A DNA stretch of 63,937 bases. Origin: Zootoca vivipara (lineage: Eukaryota). The DNA lies in the NCBI RefSeq assembly GCF_963506605.1, contig NC_083287.1, positions 20,646,064 to 20,710,000 on the forward strand. Direction: 5' to 3'. This document shows, one piece after another, positions 49,168 to 62,605 of the stretch. Numbering within the stretch: position 1 is the first letter of the stretch; each line of letters begins with the position of its first letter. A model generated the notes under the pieces. It was not told the origin of the DNA and did no database searches. It was given only the letters and a program-made list of their open reading frames with translations. A program made the position numbers and the translations under genes.

Positions 49168-49441
49168 AGCTGTTTAAAGTGGTATGATAGATATCGTGTT
49201 GATATGGTATTGTACTGCATGGCACCACAACCACACTTTGGGGTCTAATTTTATATCTTGGATTTTGCATAAATTGCACTAAATCATGCCTTTCCTTGGA
49301 TGCATAAGAAATTTATGAGTGGTTCACACACACATCTTGGTGTCTTATAGCTGAATTTGTGTCAAAATTTTGTTTCTTTGATTATCACTTCTTGCCTGGT
49401 CATCAAGTGATGTCTGTGCATGTGTAAGCCAGCTGCTAGAC

Positions 49442-49577
49442 CAGGCATCCCAAAACTCAGCCCTCCAGATGTTTTGGGACGACAACTCCCATCATACCTA
49501 GCTAACAGGACCAGTGATCAGGGATGATGGGAATTGTAGTCCCAAAACATCTGGAGGGCCGAGTTTGGGGGTGCCTG
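49442..49577. mobile_element. hAT MITE, 136-bp family
   Basis: TIRs; perfect TSD TGCTAGAC. Confidence 0.93.
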
Positions 49578-49792
49578 TGCTAGACCCTTCATAGCTGGGG
49601 CTCAACCAGTGCATCTCCTCTGTATTTTTTTCCTTCACATTGATGAACTTAATCCATACATTTTGAGAGACAGATTGCATCAGGGTTGATTCTATTCCCA
49701 GTGGCCCAATCGTACTGTGCAAAGAGCTGGTACTTCTGTACATTCGTGCCACTCTCCTTTAACCTGCTAAAAACCTCTGTTTATCTTCCTAG

Positions 49793-49859
49793 ATATGTCA
49801 AATGAGAATGGAAGACTGCATCATACTTCGGATTCTGATGGAACATTTCTTTCATATAG
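49793..49859 (+). CDS. TBC1D5: TBC1D5 coding exon 2 (67 nt): (D)MSNENGRLHHTSDSDGTFLSY(S)
   Basis: Acceptor ttatcttcctAG and donor AG|GTGAGA. Phase 1 in, phase 2 out, which fits both neighbours. Resembles human DSNKNGRRTSSTLDSEGTFNSY. Confidence 0.93.
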
Positions 49860-50256
49860 GTGAGAGTTTCTCATGCTTTCTGGCTTTTGAGACCTAAAAT
49901 TCCAGTTCAACAACATATGAATCATTTTTGTCATCATTTAATTTGAATTTCTTCCTTTAACTTACTTTTGCGAAAAGCCCTGTGCCAGTCTCTGGTGTGA
50001 CTCCAGAGACTGGAGGACATTTCAGGAAATACTATATGCTGAAGTCACACCAGTGATTGGAACAGATTTCATGGTGTGTGGCTTTTTCATTTGAAGGAAG
50101 CTCTTTCTCTCTACCACTCCATTTTTGGGTTAAAGCCTTTTTGTCTTTCCTAGAATGCTCACTCTGGAATTATCAGCATTTCCTGGCAAATACTTCTTCT
50201 TCATGGCTAGTCACAGAAACTAGGATCAGCTTTTATTTGTACTTGTCTGCCTAGAG

Positions 50257-50392
50257 CAGGGATCCCCAGACTTCGGCCCTCCAGATGTTTTGGACTACAA
50301 TTCCCATCATCCCTGACCACTGGTCCTCTTAGCTAGGGATCATGGGAGTTGTAGGCCAAAACATCTGGAGGGCCACAGTTTGGAGATGCCTG
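50257..50392. mobile_element. hAT MITE, 136-bp family
   Basis: TIRs; perfect TSD GCCTAGAG. Confidence 0.93.
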
Positions 50393-53300
50393 GCCTAGAG
50401 CTACTTAGTTTACTTATACTTTTTTTAAAAAAAAATCATATTCACTCAATACAAATAATTTTTAGATCTGTGATCAGGACTGGCTCTAGGTTTGAGAGCA
50501 TAGTGTCCTATCCTGTCAATGGCACAATGCAGGCTTTCCTGGCTACAGTAGCACCACTCCAAATACTGCTGGGTTGCTGAGCCTAAGAAGTAATTTAATT
50601 TGCCAAAATTAAACCAGTGCTGGATCAGGAGCATTGTAGGTAGATCTAATTGCTTGGTCCTGATTGGATTGTCAGTACCTTGCCAAGGTACAGAGGACCT
50701 GTCAAGAATGACAGGTCCTGATGCCAGCTCTGCCTGTCGTATGAACCTGAACTGCAATCCAATAAAGCCATGGGTTACTCATTGAATGTTGGCCATACTG
50801 AAGTTTGGTGTTTTCAGAAAGAATTAATTGTTTGCAATGGCTGAAGGCCTTTTGCTGGAGTATCATAAGTCCTGGTTTTACTTGAAGGTGGCTTGTAACA
50901 CTTGAGATTGGGGTCTTGGTATGAGTAACCTCAAACGGTGTTGCCTAGGTATGCAACCTTCATAACATTTTAGTGATGAATGCAATATTGAATAAGTCTG
51001 TTTTGAAGTATCTGGACAGAAACACTAGAAGAATCCACAAACATTGAGCACCTGTTGAACATCCAACAGATTTGTAGCATATGTTAGTTGACCTCTGAGA
51101 AAAGTTTTGTCTTTTACAAGAACAATGTTTCTGTGACTACAGGACTTCACAAACTGAATAGCTTGACTCCAAAATATAAGTGACTGTAGGACTCTTAAAT
51201 AGAGATGTAGAGGTTATTTGATAGACAAATGAGTGACAGGATACAACAGCACACATTGAATTTTGTTGGTTTAACAGTAGGTCTCATAGCACTTGATATG
51301 TATAATTAATGTCAAATTGGGTCCAACTTTCTGGATAATCAGAAAATAGAGACTTAGCCTCCCCCCCCATCTAAATTCTGCTGATTGCCATGTAGTCAGG
51401 TGCCATAGCCCCAAGGCTTCTTTGTTAGAAGATCGCTGAATAATAATTGTGCTTTGAAAGTAAGTGATAAAGAACAACTTTGCTAAAAAAATACTAAGCC
51501 ATTTTATCATAAATCAGAGCCGGCCATTATTGCAGCACAGTATTAATTTATTGGTACAATTAGAAAGCGAAAATGATAGAGCTAGGTCATATGGTATATT
51601 AAAGAAGAAGAAGAAAGCCTTGGCTTTTAATAGTTGGCAGACCCGACACTGCTATTAAGTAGCATTACAGTATTTAAGGTGTGAAATGAATATTTTATTC
51701 TCAGTAAGAAGTAGCTCCAAACATATAATGAGGCTAGCTGCAAATTGTTTGGCTTCCAAGTTCTAAATTACATTGCAAAGAACAGACAAGAACTTCATGA
51801 GCAAAAATGTGTGAATGTTAAACTAAAATAAAGTATAGTTGTGGGAAAATATAATGTTTTAGAAAAAAGTAATTGATCAATAATCCATAACAATGTCACC
51901 ACAGCAACGACGGAAAATATATTGAAAATGTTTGTTTTCAAATTGATATATAATAAAGTCAAACTAGGAAGAACCAATAGCTACAGTCATTTATGTATAT
52001 GTAAATCTCATTGATTTCAGTGGAATTTATGAACACGCAACCCTATACATGGTTTTTAACAAAACAAATGCACAGCAGGAACACCTGTATTAAAAAAAGA
52101 AAAGAAAAAAGAAAATCACATATATAAGCTAAATGGCCAGTGGCAATAGGTCTTTGCCTGTGAGCAAAAATACATCAAACTCTGCCGAGTCAACCAAGCC
52201 AAGACTGAAAAATCCATCTTTTGGGTCTTCACACACAGACAGCAACCTCTGAAGGCAGGGGGACCTGAAGAAGACCCTTTCAGGAATATATTGAGAGTTG
52301 GCAAACTACTGCTGGAAGAGGTGGATTGCTAATACTTGTAATTGAAAGTATTACATTTGCTATGGGTGTGTGATTGCTAGAACCTCTAAATACAAAACAC
52401 AGTTAATAATTTGGGGAAATGAACTATCCCTTTTAATGACTAGTTTTGCCCTTGATACTTCCTGAGAATGGTAATTCTCCTAGTCAGCAAACCGTGGGCT
52501 CAATCCTTAATGTTGGCAATACAGTGCCACTAGAAAGTAGAAATACTGTCTTTCTCTCCTTCCCAAGGGCAGCTGACCTTCTCCTCGCCAAAGAGTTGAA
52601 CCTCTTGCCAGCACATATGACTACAGACTATTACATTAATCTGTTTAGCCGCAGTACCAGCTGCTTGCATGTTTTTAATTATCTTATTAGATGATATAAC
52701 AGTGACCTATGAAATAAAATTGAAGGTGAGCATTTTTAACTTCTTTTATTTAACAGCTTTCCCCCAAAATATATACTAATGAATAACTAATTGGGGAGGG
52801 GGGCAATTAGGCCTTTGTTTTGTTATAGAATCTAATTTTGAGGACAAGATAACTTTCCTTAAGGATTTTCTAACTACTATTAATAATATTTCACGTGTAG
52901 CATGTATAAGTATTAACATTAATATCCCTTGTTTTACTGAGTTATGATTTTGATGCATTTTTTTGCATAATAGTCTACTAAATATTGACACCTCATGCTT
53001 TACTTAATATAATTTTGTTTCCAAATTATTTTTCTTTCTATTTCCTTGAAAATAGGTTACTAGCTTAATGTTGCTCATTTACATTGTGCCTGCATCATCC
53101 AAGTTAATAGTGCTTTTCAGAAGTCTGTAAGAAAAACTTGTAATAGAGTATACTCAAGCTAGAGGTGGTCTTTCTAGTATCAGGCAAATAAACAATGTGT
53201 ATATAAGGTGGGAGGGGAGATCAAGGCAGGAATTGGTGACTGAATGGTGCAGCAGGCTTTCTGCTTGCTTCTAGTTGGGGGTTGATTGTTTCACTCTTGT

Positions 53301-54879
53301 TCTAGCACTGCAAGGATGATTTTTTAGAAGTTCTTTCTGATACCTCTTAAGCATTATTTCCCAAGTCCACCTCATAACCAGTTCACACGTAACTCTAAGT
53401 CAAGCCATGGCTAAGTGTGAATGAGCAAGCACACAGGCAGTCAGAGGAAAAATCATGGCTGCTTTGCTACCATGCTACCTAGAACTTAGACTAGCTTGGC
53501 TTCGTACTACATCTAAACTCAATTTTGTGGTTTGTCCTTGCTCCAAGCAAGCCACAAGTGTTGAGCCAAGAACAAGCCCCAGCTACAATTTGAGTGAGAC
53601 AAACCATAAGCCTGAGTTTGAATGCAACACTCAGCCAAACTATGGCTTAGCTGCTGCTTTTTTCTTTCTGCTTGCTCATTCACACTTCAAAATCATGGTT
53701 TGTCTTAGTGTTACATGAGTTTCATGCCAGAATGAGGCAAGAAAAAAATGTAAGAGAGGACCTGCTTCTTGAGTGTCTCAACAATGGGTCTCAGTGTTTT
53801 TCAATCAAGGATCACTTATGCAACTGTATGCTAGCACATGTGAATAGAACTGTATTCATAATTATGTATATACTTGTTGAGTAGATCCACTTGGTTTGCA
53901 AACCAGACTGAAAGCAATATGGTGTTTTCCTCTATTTTCTTAAAAGTGGAAGTGTTCCTGGAAATATTGTGGTCTTTATTTTGAAGGGAAATGAGCCATT
54001 AAAAATTGTATAAGGCTCCTTTTGCTTTCCCTTCATCCCTGCTCCTGGTGCAATGATCACAGCCATGTTCATTTTTAGGGGGGGGTAGTAGTAGTAGTAG
54101 AACCCTTCCATTTTAGAGTACTGTTTGTTTCAGAGTGCTACAGCTTAGGCAGGGCCAAAGCCAATAGATGTTTCTCCTTTCTACCCTGTTCCACATAACC
54201 TTTTATGCTGGGTGACTAAGGGGTCATCAGGTTTCTCTGTTGATCTAGGTTTGTCACTTCCTTACAGCAAGTTCCCATGGAGATTTTTGCCCTGCTTGTT
54301 GTACATTGTGACACAACCATCCACATTGGACTAGGCAGGGATTATTGCCAGCATAGGTCTCTCCCCTCCATTTTGTGGACCACAGCTTTCTACTTTTGCC
54401 ATAGCTGCCAAGTTATCCCTTTTTTAAAGGGATTTCCCCTTATGCTGAATAGGCTTCCTCGCGAGAAAAGGGAAAACTTGGCAGCTATGCTTTTGCTTAC
54501 TTCTTAAAACCTGTGGTCCACAGAGTGGAGGAGAGAGATCTATGCTGGTTGTATAATTAGGGAGAGGACTGTATGCTACATCATCCATGTCACAGTATAA
54601 ACACAAATTTCAAGCTGAAGAGAGAAGTGCTTGAGTTTTGGCATGTTTGTTGGAGGAATTACTCTTTCTGTCTCTTCCTTGTCCATATTTATTAAATTAT
54701 TGCAGTATTTCCCTCCCAATTAAATGGACAGATTTAGTCTACAATTCCGAATTATCTCCAGGTGCATCAGAGAATGATTCTGTTTTATGAAACACCTGTT
54801 CAGCATATTGCAATAAAATTAGATAATAATGTTAGCACAAAGAAGAGCTCTAACAAAAAAGCAGCCTTTGGAAAGGGTT

Positions 54880-55930
54880 AAGAATATAAGAAGAGACTAC
54901 TGGATCAGACCAGTGACCTATGTAGTCCAGCATCCTGTTCTCACAGCGGCTAACCAGGTGCCTATGGGAAGCCTGCAGCAGGACACAAGCACAAAAGCAT
55001 TCTCTCCTTCTGTGGTTTCTAGCAGCTGGTATTCGGAAGCACACCGCCCCTGACTGTGGAGGCAGAACATAGCCATTGTGGCTAGCGGCTACTGGTAGCC
55101 TTGACTTCCTTGAATTTCTGTAATCCTCCTTTTAAAGCCATCCAAGTTGGTAGCCATCCCTGTCTCCTGTGGGAGTGAATGCCATAGTTTAACTATGTAC
55201 TATGTGGAGAAGTACTGTATTTTGTCTATCGTCCAAAATTCAGCTTCATTGGATGTCCCAAAGTTCTAGAGTTGTGAAAGAGGGTGGAAACCTTTTCTTG
55301 AACCACTTTCTCCACGCCATGCATAATTTATATATTTCTATCATGCCACCTTCTACTGGTCTCAAAACCAAAAAGCCCCCAGTGCTGCAACCTGTCCTTA
55401 TGGGGAAGTTTCTGCTTGATCATTTTGGCTGCCCTTTTCTGAACTTTTTCCAACTCTGCAATATCCTTTCTGAGGTGAGGCAGCCAGAACTGTAGACAGT
55501 ATTCCAAATGTAGCCACACCATAGATTTGTATTAACGACGTTATAATATTGGCAGTTTCATTTTCAATTCCTTTCCTAATGACCCCAGCATGGAATTTGC
55601 ATTTTCTACACCTGCTGCACACTCAGTGAACATCTTCACTGCAACCCCAAGGTCTCGTTCCTGGTCAGTCACTGCCAGTTTAGACCTCACAAGCGTATAT
55701 GTGAAATTAAGTTTTTTTTTTTTTGCTCTGACAGTCGTCACTTTACGCTAGTTTACTCTGAATCACATTTGCCTTTCCCCCGCCCATTCACTGGGTTTGA
55801 AGAGGTCCTTTTGGAGCTCTTCACAACCCGTTTCTGTTTTAATGACCCTGAACAATTTAGTATCATCAGCACTTTCTTCATTCCTCCATTGGAAAAAAAC
55901 CTGTCCATTTATTCCTAATCCCTGCTTCCT
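54880..55930 (-). mobile_element. CR1 LINE 3' ~1 kb (degenerate RT C-terminus and 3' UTR)
   Basis: Minus-strand peptides ERDLGV..., HLEYCLQFWLPHLRKDIAELEKVQKRAAKMI; tail AAGAATATAAGAA. Confidence 0.92.
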
Positions 55931-58900
55931 GTTACTTACCCCATTCAGACAAGAGGACTTCTCTTATAATGCCTTCTTATAATTCTAGTGGGTTCTAATA
56001 ACTTCAGTCACAGACATGTGAGAAATGGCAGACCTGGAAATACAGCCATTCACTTGTGCAGTATGATTGACTCTGTCTCCTGCCTTAAAGGGATATTACT
56101 GGATGAAACAAAGGTCAGAGACAGAAGACAGTATGAGCAGCCCGCCTTGTGCCACCATAAGTTAGCTCTCTGCTATTGTGGTCGATCACATAGTTGTTGC
56201 TGCCTTGCTTAGAACCCAAGTACGGAATAGACCCAGGAGAGACTTGGTGCCTATGACCAGGACATGCAGGAAGCCATCACTGCCATAGATTACCTTGGTC
56301 CTCCTTCTAGGACAAGCAGAGATGGCAGGAACCACACAACACCTCTGCATGGAGAGAGCTAAAGAGCCGCTTCTTGCATTTGACCTTTAATATTGTCAAC
56401 AGAGGGAAAGAACCAGAAAACTGGAGCAGTTGCCTCTTCATCTCTTATTTCTACAAACCACTTTAGTGGAAGCATCCATAGAAGTTTTTCCAAGAAGCAA
56501 AAAATAGAAAGAAAGAAAAAAGAAAAATAATAATTCATGTTTTGGAGTAATATCTCTTCTGTAGCTATAATTTCAGAACAGCTCCATTTGTTCTGATAAA
56601 TCCCACCATTCCTTTAATATCTTATGTGCTTTATGTTAATGTCTTTGTCGTGGGTTTTTAAAGTTTAACAAGTACCATCTCACACACACAGATGGCCATT
56701 GTTCATTACTATAGTGAGTATGAATTAAAATATTTATTAAAAGTTCTTAAGCACAGTGGGCCTAAGTAATACACTGCAATAATGCTATCAGGATTCATTT
56801 AAACTCCAAGCTCAAATCATCTTTGTGCCAGTGTGACTGAAATTGACAGATAAATGGCACCATGCTTCTGGTGGTGTTGAGTTGTGCTTTTTCAGATCTT
56901 AATCATGCTGGCACTTCCTCCTTGGAGAGTGAAACTAGTCCATAAGGTTTTTAGTGACCTAAAAGCAAGAACATCTGCTGCAGAACCACAAGCAAGTTGT
57001 TGGCCAAGTTTAGTAGTTCGGGAGTCTGCAGACGATTGCAAATATTAGAATTTTAGTTTCAAGTATCCTGTAGCAGACAAAGGTGCCAGAATCTTTCAGT
57101 AACTCTGCGGTTAATAGATTTTAAAGTTATTTTTCTTTTTATCAGAGAATAGTGTTTGCAACTATTGCATCACATGACACTATTCAAACAATTTGTCTAT
57201 TTCACCCATCTCTTTTGCTTTACATGTGTGGTGGTGTTTATCTGAGTGCCATCTATCACCCCCCCCCCTTCTGTTGGTGTGACCTTCCTTGGTATTCCTG
57301 GCCACAACACACACACACATTTGTGCACTTCTTAAACTCACTTTCCATGCAAATCTGATATATCAGAAAATTTGTATCTGAAAAATAAAAATGCCGCATG
57401 CACAGGTAAACAAATATATGTGCATATGCCCACAATGGATATCAACAATCTGGAATTTAGGGAGACTTGGGAAGGAGTCCTTGAGGGGAGAGGGGTTTGG
57501 GGTGCAACACACAGTGCCGTTACATCTCATCAAGTGCAGCCCACTAGTGTAAATGAGAAACATTGAAATAGAATTCAGTTGAAAGTTCCCATGTGTGAAC
57601 TAACGTGCACAAAAGGGCACATGGAAAATCAGATCTGTGCAACCCACATGCACATTAACACGCAGATGTGAAAGCAGCCTGAGTCCTGGTCTTCAAGTAC
57701 CTGACTTCAGAGGAAAGCTGAAGCCAGAGCTATGATCCATAAATGAGTAGTTTAGACAGCAGGCAGTAGGAATCCCTCAGGTTATAAATACCTGCAGCTT
57801 TCATTTTTCATTTAGTGAACTTCTCCTGCTTCATCTTATTCCTTTGAAATAAGTCCTTTGTATCTCCGTAGTTCGTTCTTCCTTTTTTCCTAGTAACCAG
57901 GATCCATATTTCCTGTGGTGGGTTCATCTGAGATCACATGGTCCCTAGAAGTTATTTTCTGCACAAATACAGCTAAACAAGTTGTGTGGATGTTAACCCT
58001 CCTCCCTCCAATAGCAAATACAAATGTGAAAACTTTTCTAAAAGTCTGACACGTGCCTCATGCTATGTAGGACTTAAAGCCAAGCACTTATTAATAATAA
58101 AGCATTATCTTAATGCTGCACATGCCTAATCAGAAGGAAGTTCCTTTGTGTTTAATGAGACTTAATTCCAGGTATGTTTGTACAGGATTGGCAATGAGAA
58201 AAAAGGCTCCTGAGTATGTTTACTCAGAAGTGGATTATATTGTGTTCAGTATTGCTTGATCCTTAGTGATGTTTAGGTCACATCATCAGATTGAGTTCTG
58301 ATCCCATGCCCTACATTTGTGACAATGGTGCAAAAGTAGTTCCCGTTTGATTCATGTTTGGCTCTTTGGCTACCATTGATATAGAAAGGTGGAAGCTGAC
58401 AATGTGGTAGTCTTCAGATTTATATTGGACTACAGCTCCCATGAGACCCAGCCACATGGCCAATGGCCAGGTATGATGGGAGTCGTAGCCCAAAATATTT
58501 CATGGGCAGCATGTTGGCTTTCCCTGTTCTGGATATTTGCACCCAGTATCTTAATTAGTTGGACTGAAATGCCCATCTCTGTCAATCAGATGAGAAATGT
58601 CAATTTAAGGGGGGGAAAGAGTTGCTTCAGCACCTCTCCACTCAACCCTTGACAACCATATGCTGAACATTGATACTTAAAAGCCACTTCACTCTTTGCT
58701 GTTTATTAAATTCCTCTGCCAAAAATTCAAGACTTCTAAGCACTGGAGAACCAGAGAGACTAGCTGAGTGATTTATTGCAGGGGAGCAGGGGGCACAGAT
58801 TCTATAGGAAGCAACTGCCTTATTCAAATCCCTGGTGACTCATGGTGGTCAGGGTGGGAGATGTGAGTGGCCTCCCCTGTTCCATTTATCTCCCCACTCC

Positions 58901-61481
58901 CTCCCATTGACTGCAATAGGTGGCAATAAATTATGCCAGCTCCAGAACTGGCATGGTTTTGAGGCCTCTTGTGGAGCCTTTTGGGAGAGTGAAGGGCTTA
59001 GGATCCTGGAAAGCTGTCATCTCCTCTGGCACACCTTCAGAATGTCCTGTTTTGACCCCTACCACGCACCACCCACAGGACATTGCTAGTAGGACAGCTT
59101 TTCACTGCTGTCCTGGAGATATGCCATTCTGCCGGCAGACCGCCATCTCTACCATAGAGTGGTTCTTCTCGATTCTATGGCCCCTCACCTGCCTTCTCAC
59201 AGAGCATGAGATTATTTTAACTTGTCAGGTTGCTTTTGTATATGAGGAATAACTGGTTTATTGTTGCTAAATGTACACATATAGACTATTTGTATATAAA
59301 GTTTTATGAAATGATCACGTAATAAAAATACCAGGAATACTTAAATGATATATTGGATAATATTTAATATTGCTAGATGGTTGTATGGCTTTGTGGTTCA
59401 TTATTTTAACCAATGTCCGTAACAAATATGTCCTACATGCTTGTAAACTGTTTGCTTTGTACTACTGTACTAGTAATTATTTGAATGTTATTTTTTAAAA
59501 AAATACAGGAGAATTAAAATGGATGAATCTTTGAATAATTTCTAAAATATTTTTCTTTGTACAAAAAGCAGAAAGACTGTGTACAGTTCTTAATTGCCTT
59601 TTCAAGACTGAGTTCCCTCATTACCTGTGATTTAAGCTAAAAATGAAGTAATTATAGATAACAGTGTTTATCTGGTTGATCTTGGCACCTGCAGTCCTAA
59701 TGCTGAAGCTCTTCCTGTTTCTGAGGCCAGGCTTTAACGTCTCTGGCTGGCATTACTAATCTGCAACTCTTACATTTCTGCTAAATTTCCCATAAAAGTT
59801 TCAGGCACTATGCTGTGCAAAAACCATCTATTTCTAGATAGATGGTAAAGCACACATTTTTATTAGGTGTGTTTTGTTCCTTCCACAGAACAAATACTGT
59901 AGCTGGCAACAGTGGTTTCTGCTTTCCACATTTTCTTCTTTTATGTCATTTATTGGATCAGAATAGTTTTGTAAAGTATGTTGATGTATGTCCCAATTAT
60001 TTTAAACATATGCCTGGAATCATTATTCTATTGTATTTGCTTGATCAGAACAAAGCCTGCAAAAGTTTTTCTAGTTTCGCACATTACTTTTGCAGATTAC
60101 TTTGTCCAACAAGTACATTGCCCAGTTTGGAATCCACGCAGTGACCTGGTTCTTGGGGAACACTGAGGCAAAGCATGTGCACGAATGAGCAAATGGGCAG
60201 GTCAGGAGCAAAGGCGATAGTAGCTGCCTCCTTCCACTGCTGAGGCACCACTTTGAGCCAAGCCTTAGTTAGCATTGTGTTTGATCCAAACAAATCAAGA
60301 ATTGTAACCAATGTTTGTTCTGAGTTACCATTCATACTTTTATCTGAGAAAGAAAAACCATAAACCTTTAACTTTCACCAAATGCGGCAACTGAAGCATA
60401 GCCTGTTTTAACTTCATCACCCCCCTTCACCTTCTCCCACAAACCAAGGAATCTCTGATTTTGCTTATGTAAATACCTGGTGAGAAGAAGGTTTAGTTTG
60501 TCTTTGTCTTTGTTTTTGTTTTACTCAAATTATATTTGTTAATTCAGTGACTCAAGGAAGTCTTTGGGCTATTTCACTTTAGATCCTCAGGTGGGTGGTA
60601 TTGTTCTAGAGATTCAGTTCAGTGGAAAATAGAGAAAATATAGTTTAATTCTTGTATTCAAATTCACTAAATGGTTTGGGACAATTAATTTCCAATTGTT
60701 TCCCAGTAGAGTAGATTTACTTGTACATTAATGAAGCACAGGTGTTAGGCCCCTGGTGTCTTTGTGCCTAGGAGGCATATTTAGGTTGTTTATCTAGTCA
60801 GCCGTAGGTACTGCAAGGTACTCAAGCTTGCCTTTAACAGTTTATACAGTGAGGGGTTTTTCAAAATTTATTTTTTAAAAATTTGCTAGCACCTGTTAAA
60901 TTTTTAAGACTGATCATGTAGAAAGAAGTGGAAGAGACTGCAATAGTAAACAGCACTAAAAGTTAACGGAAGTCATCTTCTATTATGCTTAACTGCCCAG
61001 CTTGACGTTATGTAGAAAAGAGGCTTCATTTAGGCAAATGTGTCATGTGCAGAAGTAATAGTCAACACTATACTTCCTTGTACCATATTTTGAAATTAGG
61101 TATTCTTTCAAATAGGTACTGCTTTATCTATGGTTGAAACCCAAATGTGCTTATATTAATATTCATTTTTCTTCTTTATTCACTGAACTGCAGTACCAAC
61201 ATTTTAGAGGAAATGGAATAGCCTCCACAGACATTATGAATTTCAGTAGCTGGCATAATTATAGTGATCTACATATTCATTAAATCCAGGGAAGAAATGT
61301 GTCCAAAAAGACAACCATGCGTTTAGAAATAGCACACTGCTAAATATATACATTTAAAACTTCCTTTCCTTTTGTTTACCCAAAATTACTTCATGTTATA
61401 TTGCTTCACAGTCAGCTAAGTCTTTAATAATAATTTTTAAAAGTTCTCTCTCTCCCCCCCCCCCCCGTTCATTCCATGTAG

Positions 61482-61590
61482 CAAAGAATGGNNNNNNNNN
61501 NNNNNNNNNNNNNNNNNNNNNNNNNNNNNNNNNNNNNNNNNNNNNNNNNNNNNNNNNNNNNNNNNNNNNNNNNNNNNNNNNNNNNNNNNN
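61482..61590 (+). CDS. TBC1D5: TBC1D5 coding exon 3; only the first 10 nt (C AAA GAA TGG = (S)KEW) are visible, the rest is in an N gap and the end coordinate is predicted
   Basis: Pyrimidine-rich tract and TAG acceptor ending at 61481, then KEW in the phase needed after exon 2 (human continues KEWEELFVNNNYL...RSICWK). The expected ~109-nt exon fits within the 132-N gap at 61492-61623. Confidence 0.85.
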
Positions 61591-61623
61591 NNNNNNNNNN
61601 NNNNNNNNNNNNNNNNNNNNNNN
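61492..61623. other. Assembly gap overlapping a TBC1D5 exon
   Basis: 132 Ns starting 10 nt into the exon. Confidence 1.
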
Positions 61624-62172
61624 TGTAATATACCAACGTATTACCTGATGTACTTGAAGACTGCTGATGTAAAGAGTCACTGAATTTTGAAAGATTCCAT
61701 CCCAATGTTCTTCTGTTGATTTTTATAATTCATAGAACAATTAATGATTTGAAATACCTTACAACTAAATTACTGTTCGTACTGAAGGATTTATGTCAAT
61801 TGTATTTCACTTGGACATGCTTCATTGTGAAATTTTTGATCAAAGTTGCATTTTTTTGCTGAAAGTGCAACTAATCTTTAAGATATTTAGTCAGGATTTA
61901 TCAGTCACCCCTGCTTTTAAAAAAGTTCCGTATATCATTTTCTTTTTATGGGATGAGACTATAAGAACCCTAAGCAACCTTCCTGCAGGATTGGGTTAAG
62001 CAAAGTAGGAGGAGCTGCTCAGGTCAATTGCCAACAGGCAAGGAAGTATGTAGAGCTGACAAGTGAAGCAAAATATACCAAAGATACTGCAGAAGTGAGA
62101 ATTATTAAAGAGGATCCTGTTTGATGGCTTAACATCTTTGGCAGATGCCTTTCAGTGACTCCTTTGAACATG

Positions 62173-62496
62173 CAGAGCCTAGGGCTTGCCGATCAGAAGG
62201 TCGGCGGTTCGAATTCCTGTGACAGGGTGAGCTTCCGTTGCTCGGTCCCAGCTCCTGCCAACCTAGCAGTTCGAAAGCACGTCAAAGTGCAAGTAGATAA
62301 ATAGGTACCGCTACAGCGGGAAGGTAAACGGCGTTTCCGTGTGCTGCTCTGGTTCGCCAGAAGCGGCTTTGTCATGCTGGCCACATGACCTGGAAGCTGT
62401 ACGCCGGCTCCCTCGGCCAATAACTCGAGATGAGCACCGCAACCCCAGAGTCGGTCACGACTGGACCTACTGGTCAGGGGTCCCTTTACCTTTACC
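62173..62496 (+). mobile_element. Sauria SINE, slightly 5'-truncated, ~110 bp upstream of the exon at 62606
   Basis: CAGAGCCTAGGGCTTGCCGATCAGAAGG ... CCCTTTACCTTTACC. Confidence 0.95.
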
Positions 62497-62605
62497 ACAT
62501 AATACCAAAGCTCCAAATTACAAATATGATTCTGTTTAGAAAGTGTCATTACATCAATATAACTCGTTTGTCTTTCTAACCAACCGATGTTTCATTGATC
62601 TGCAG

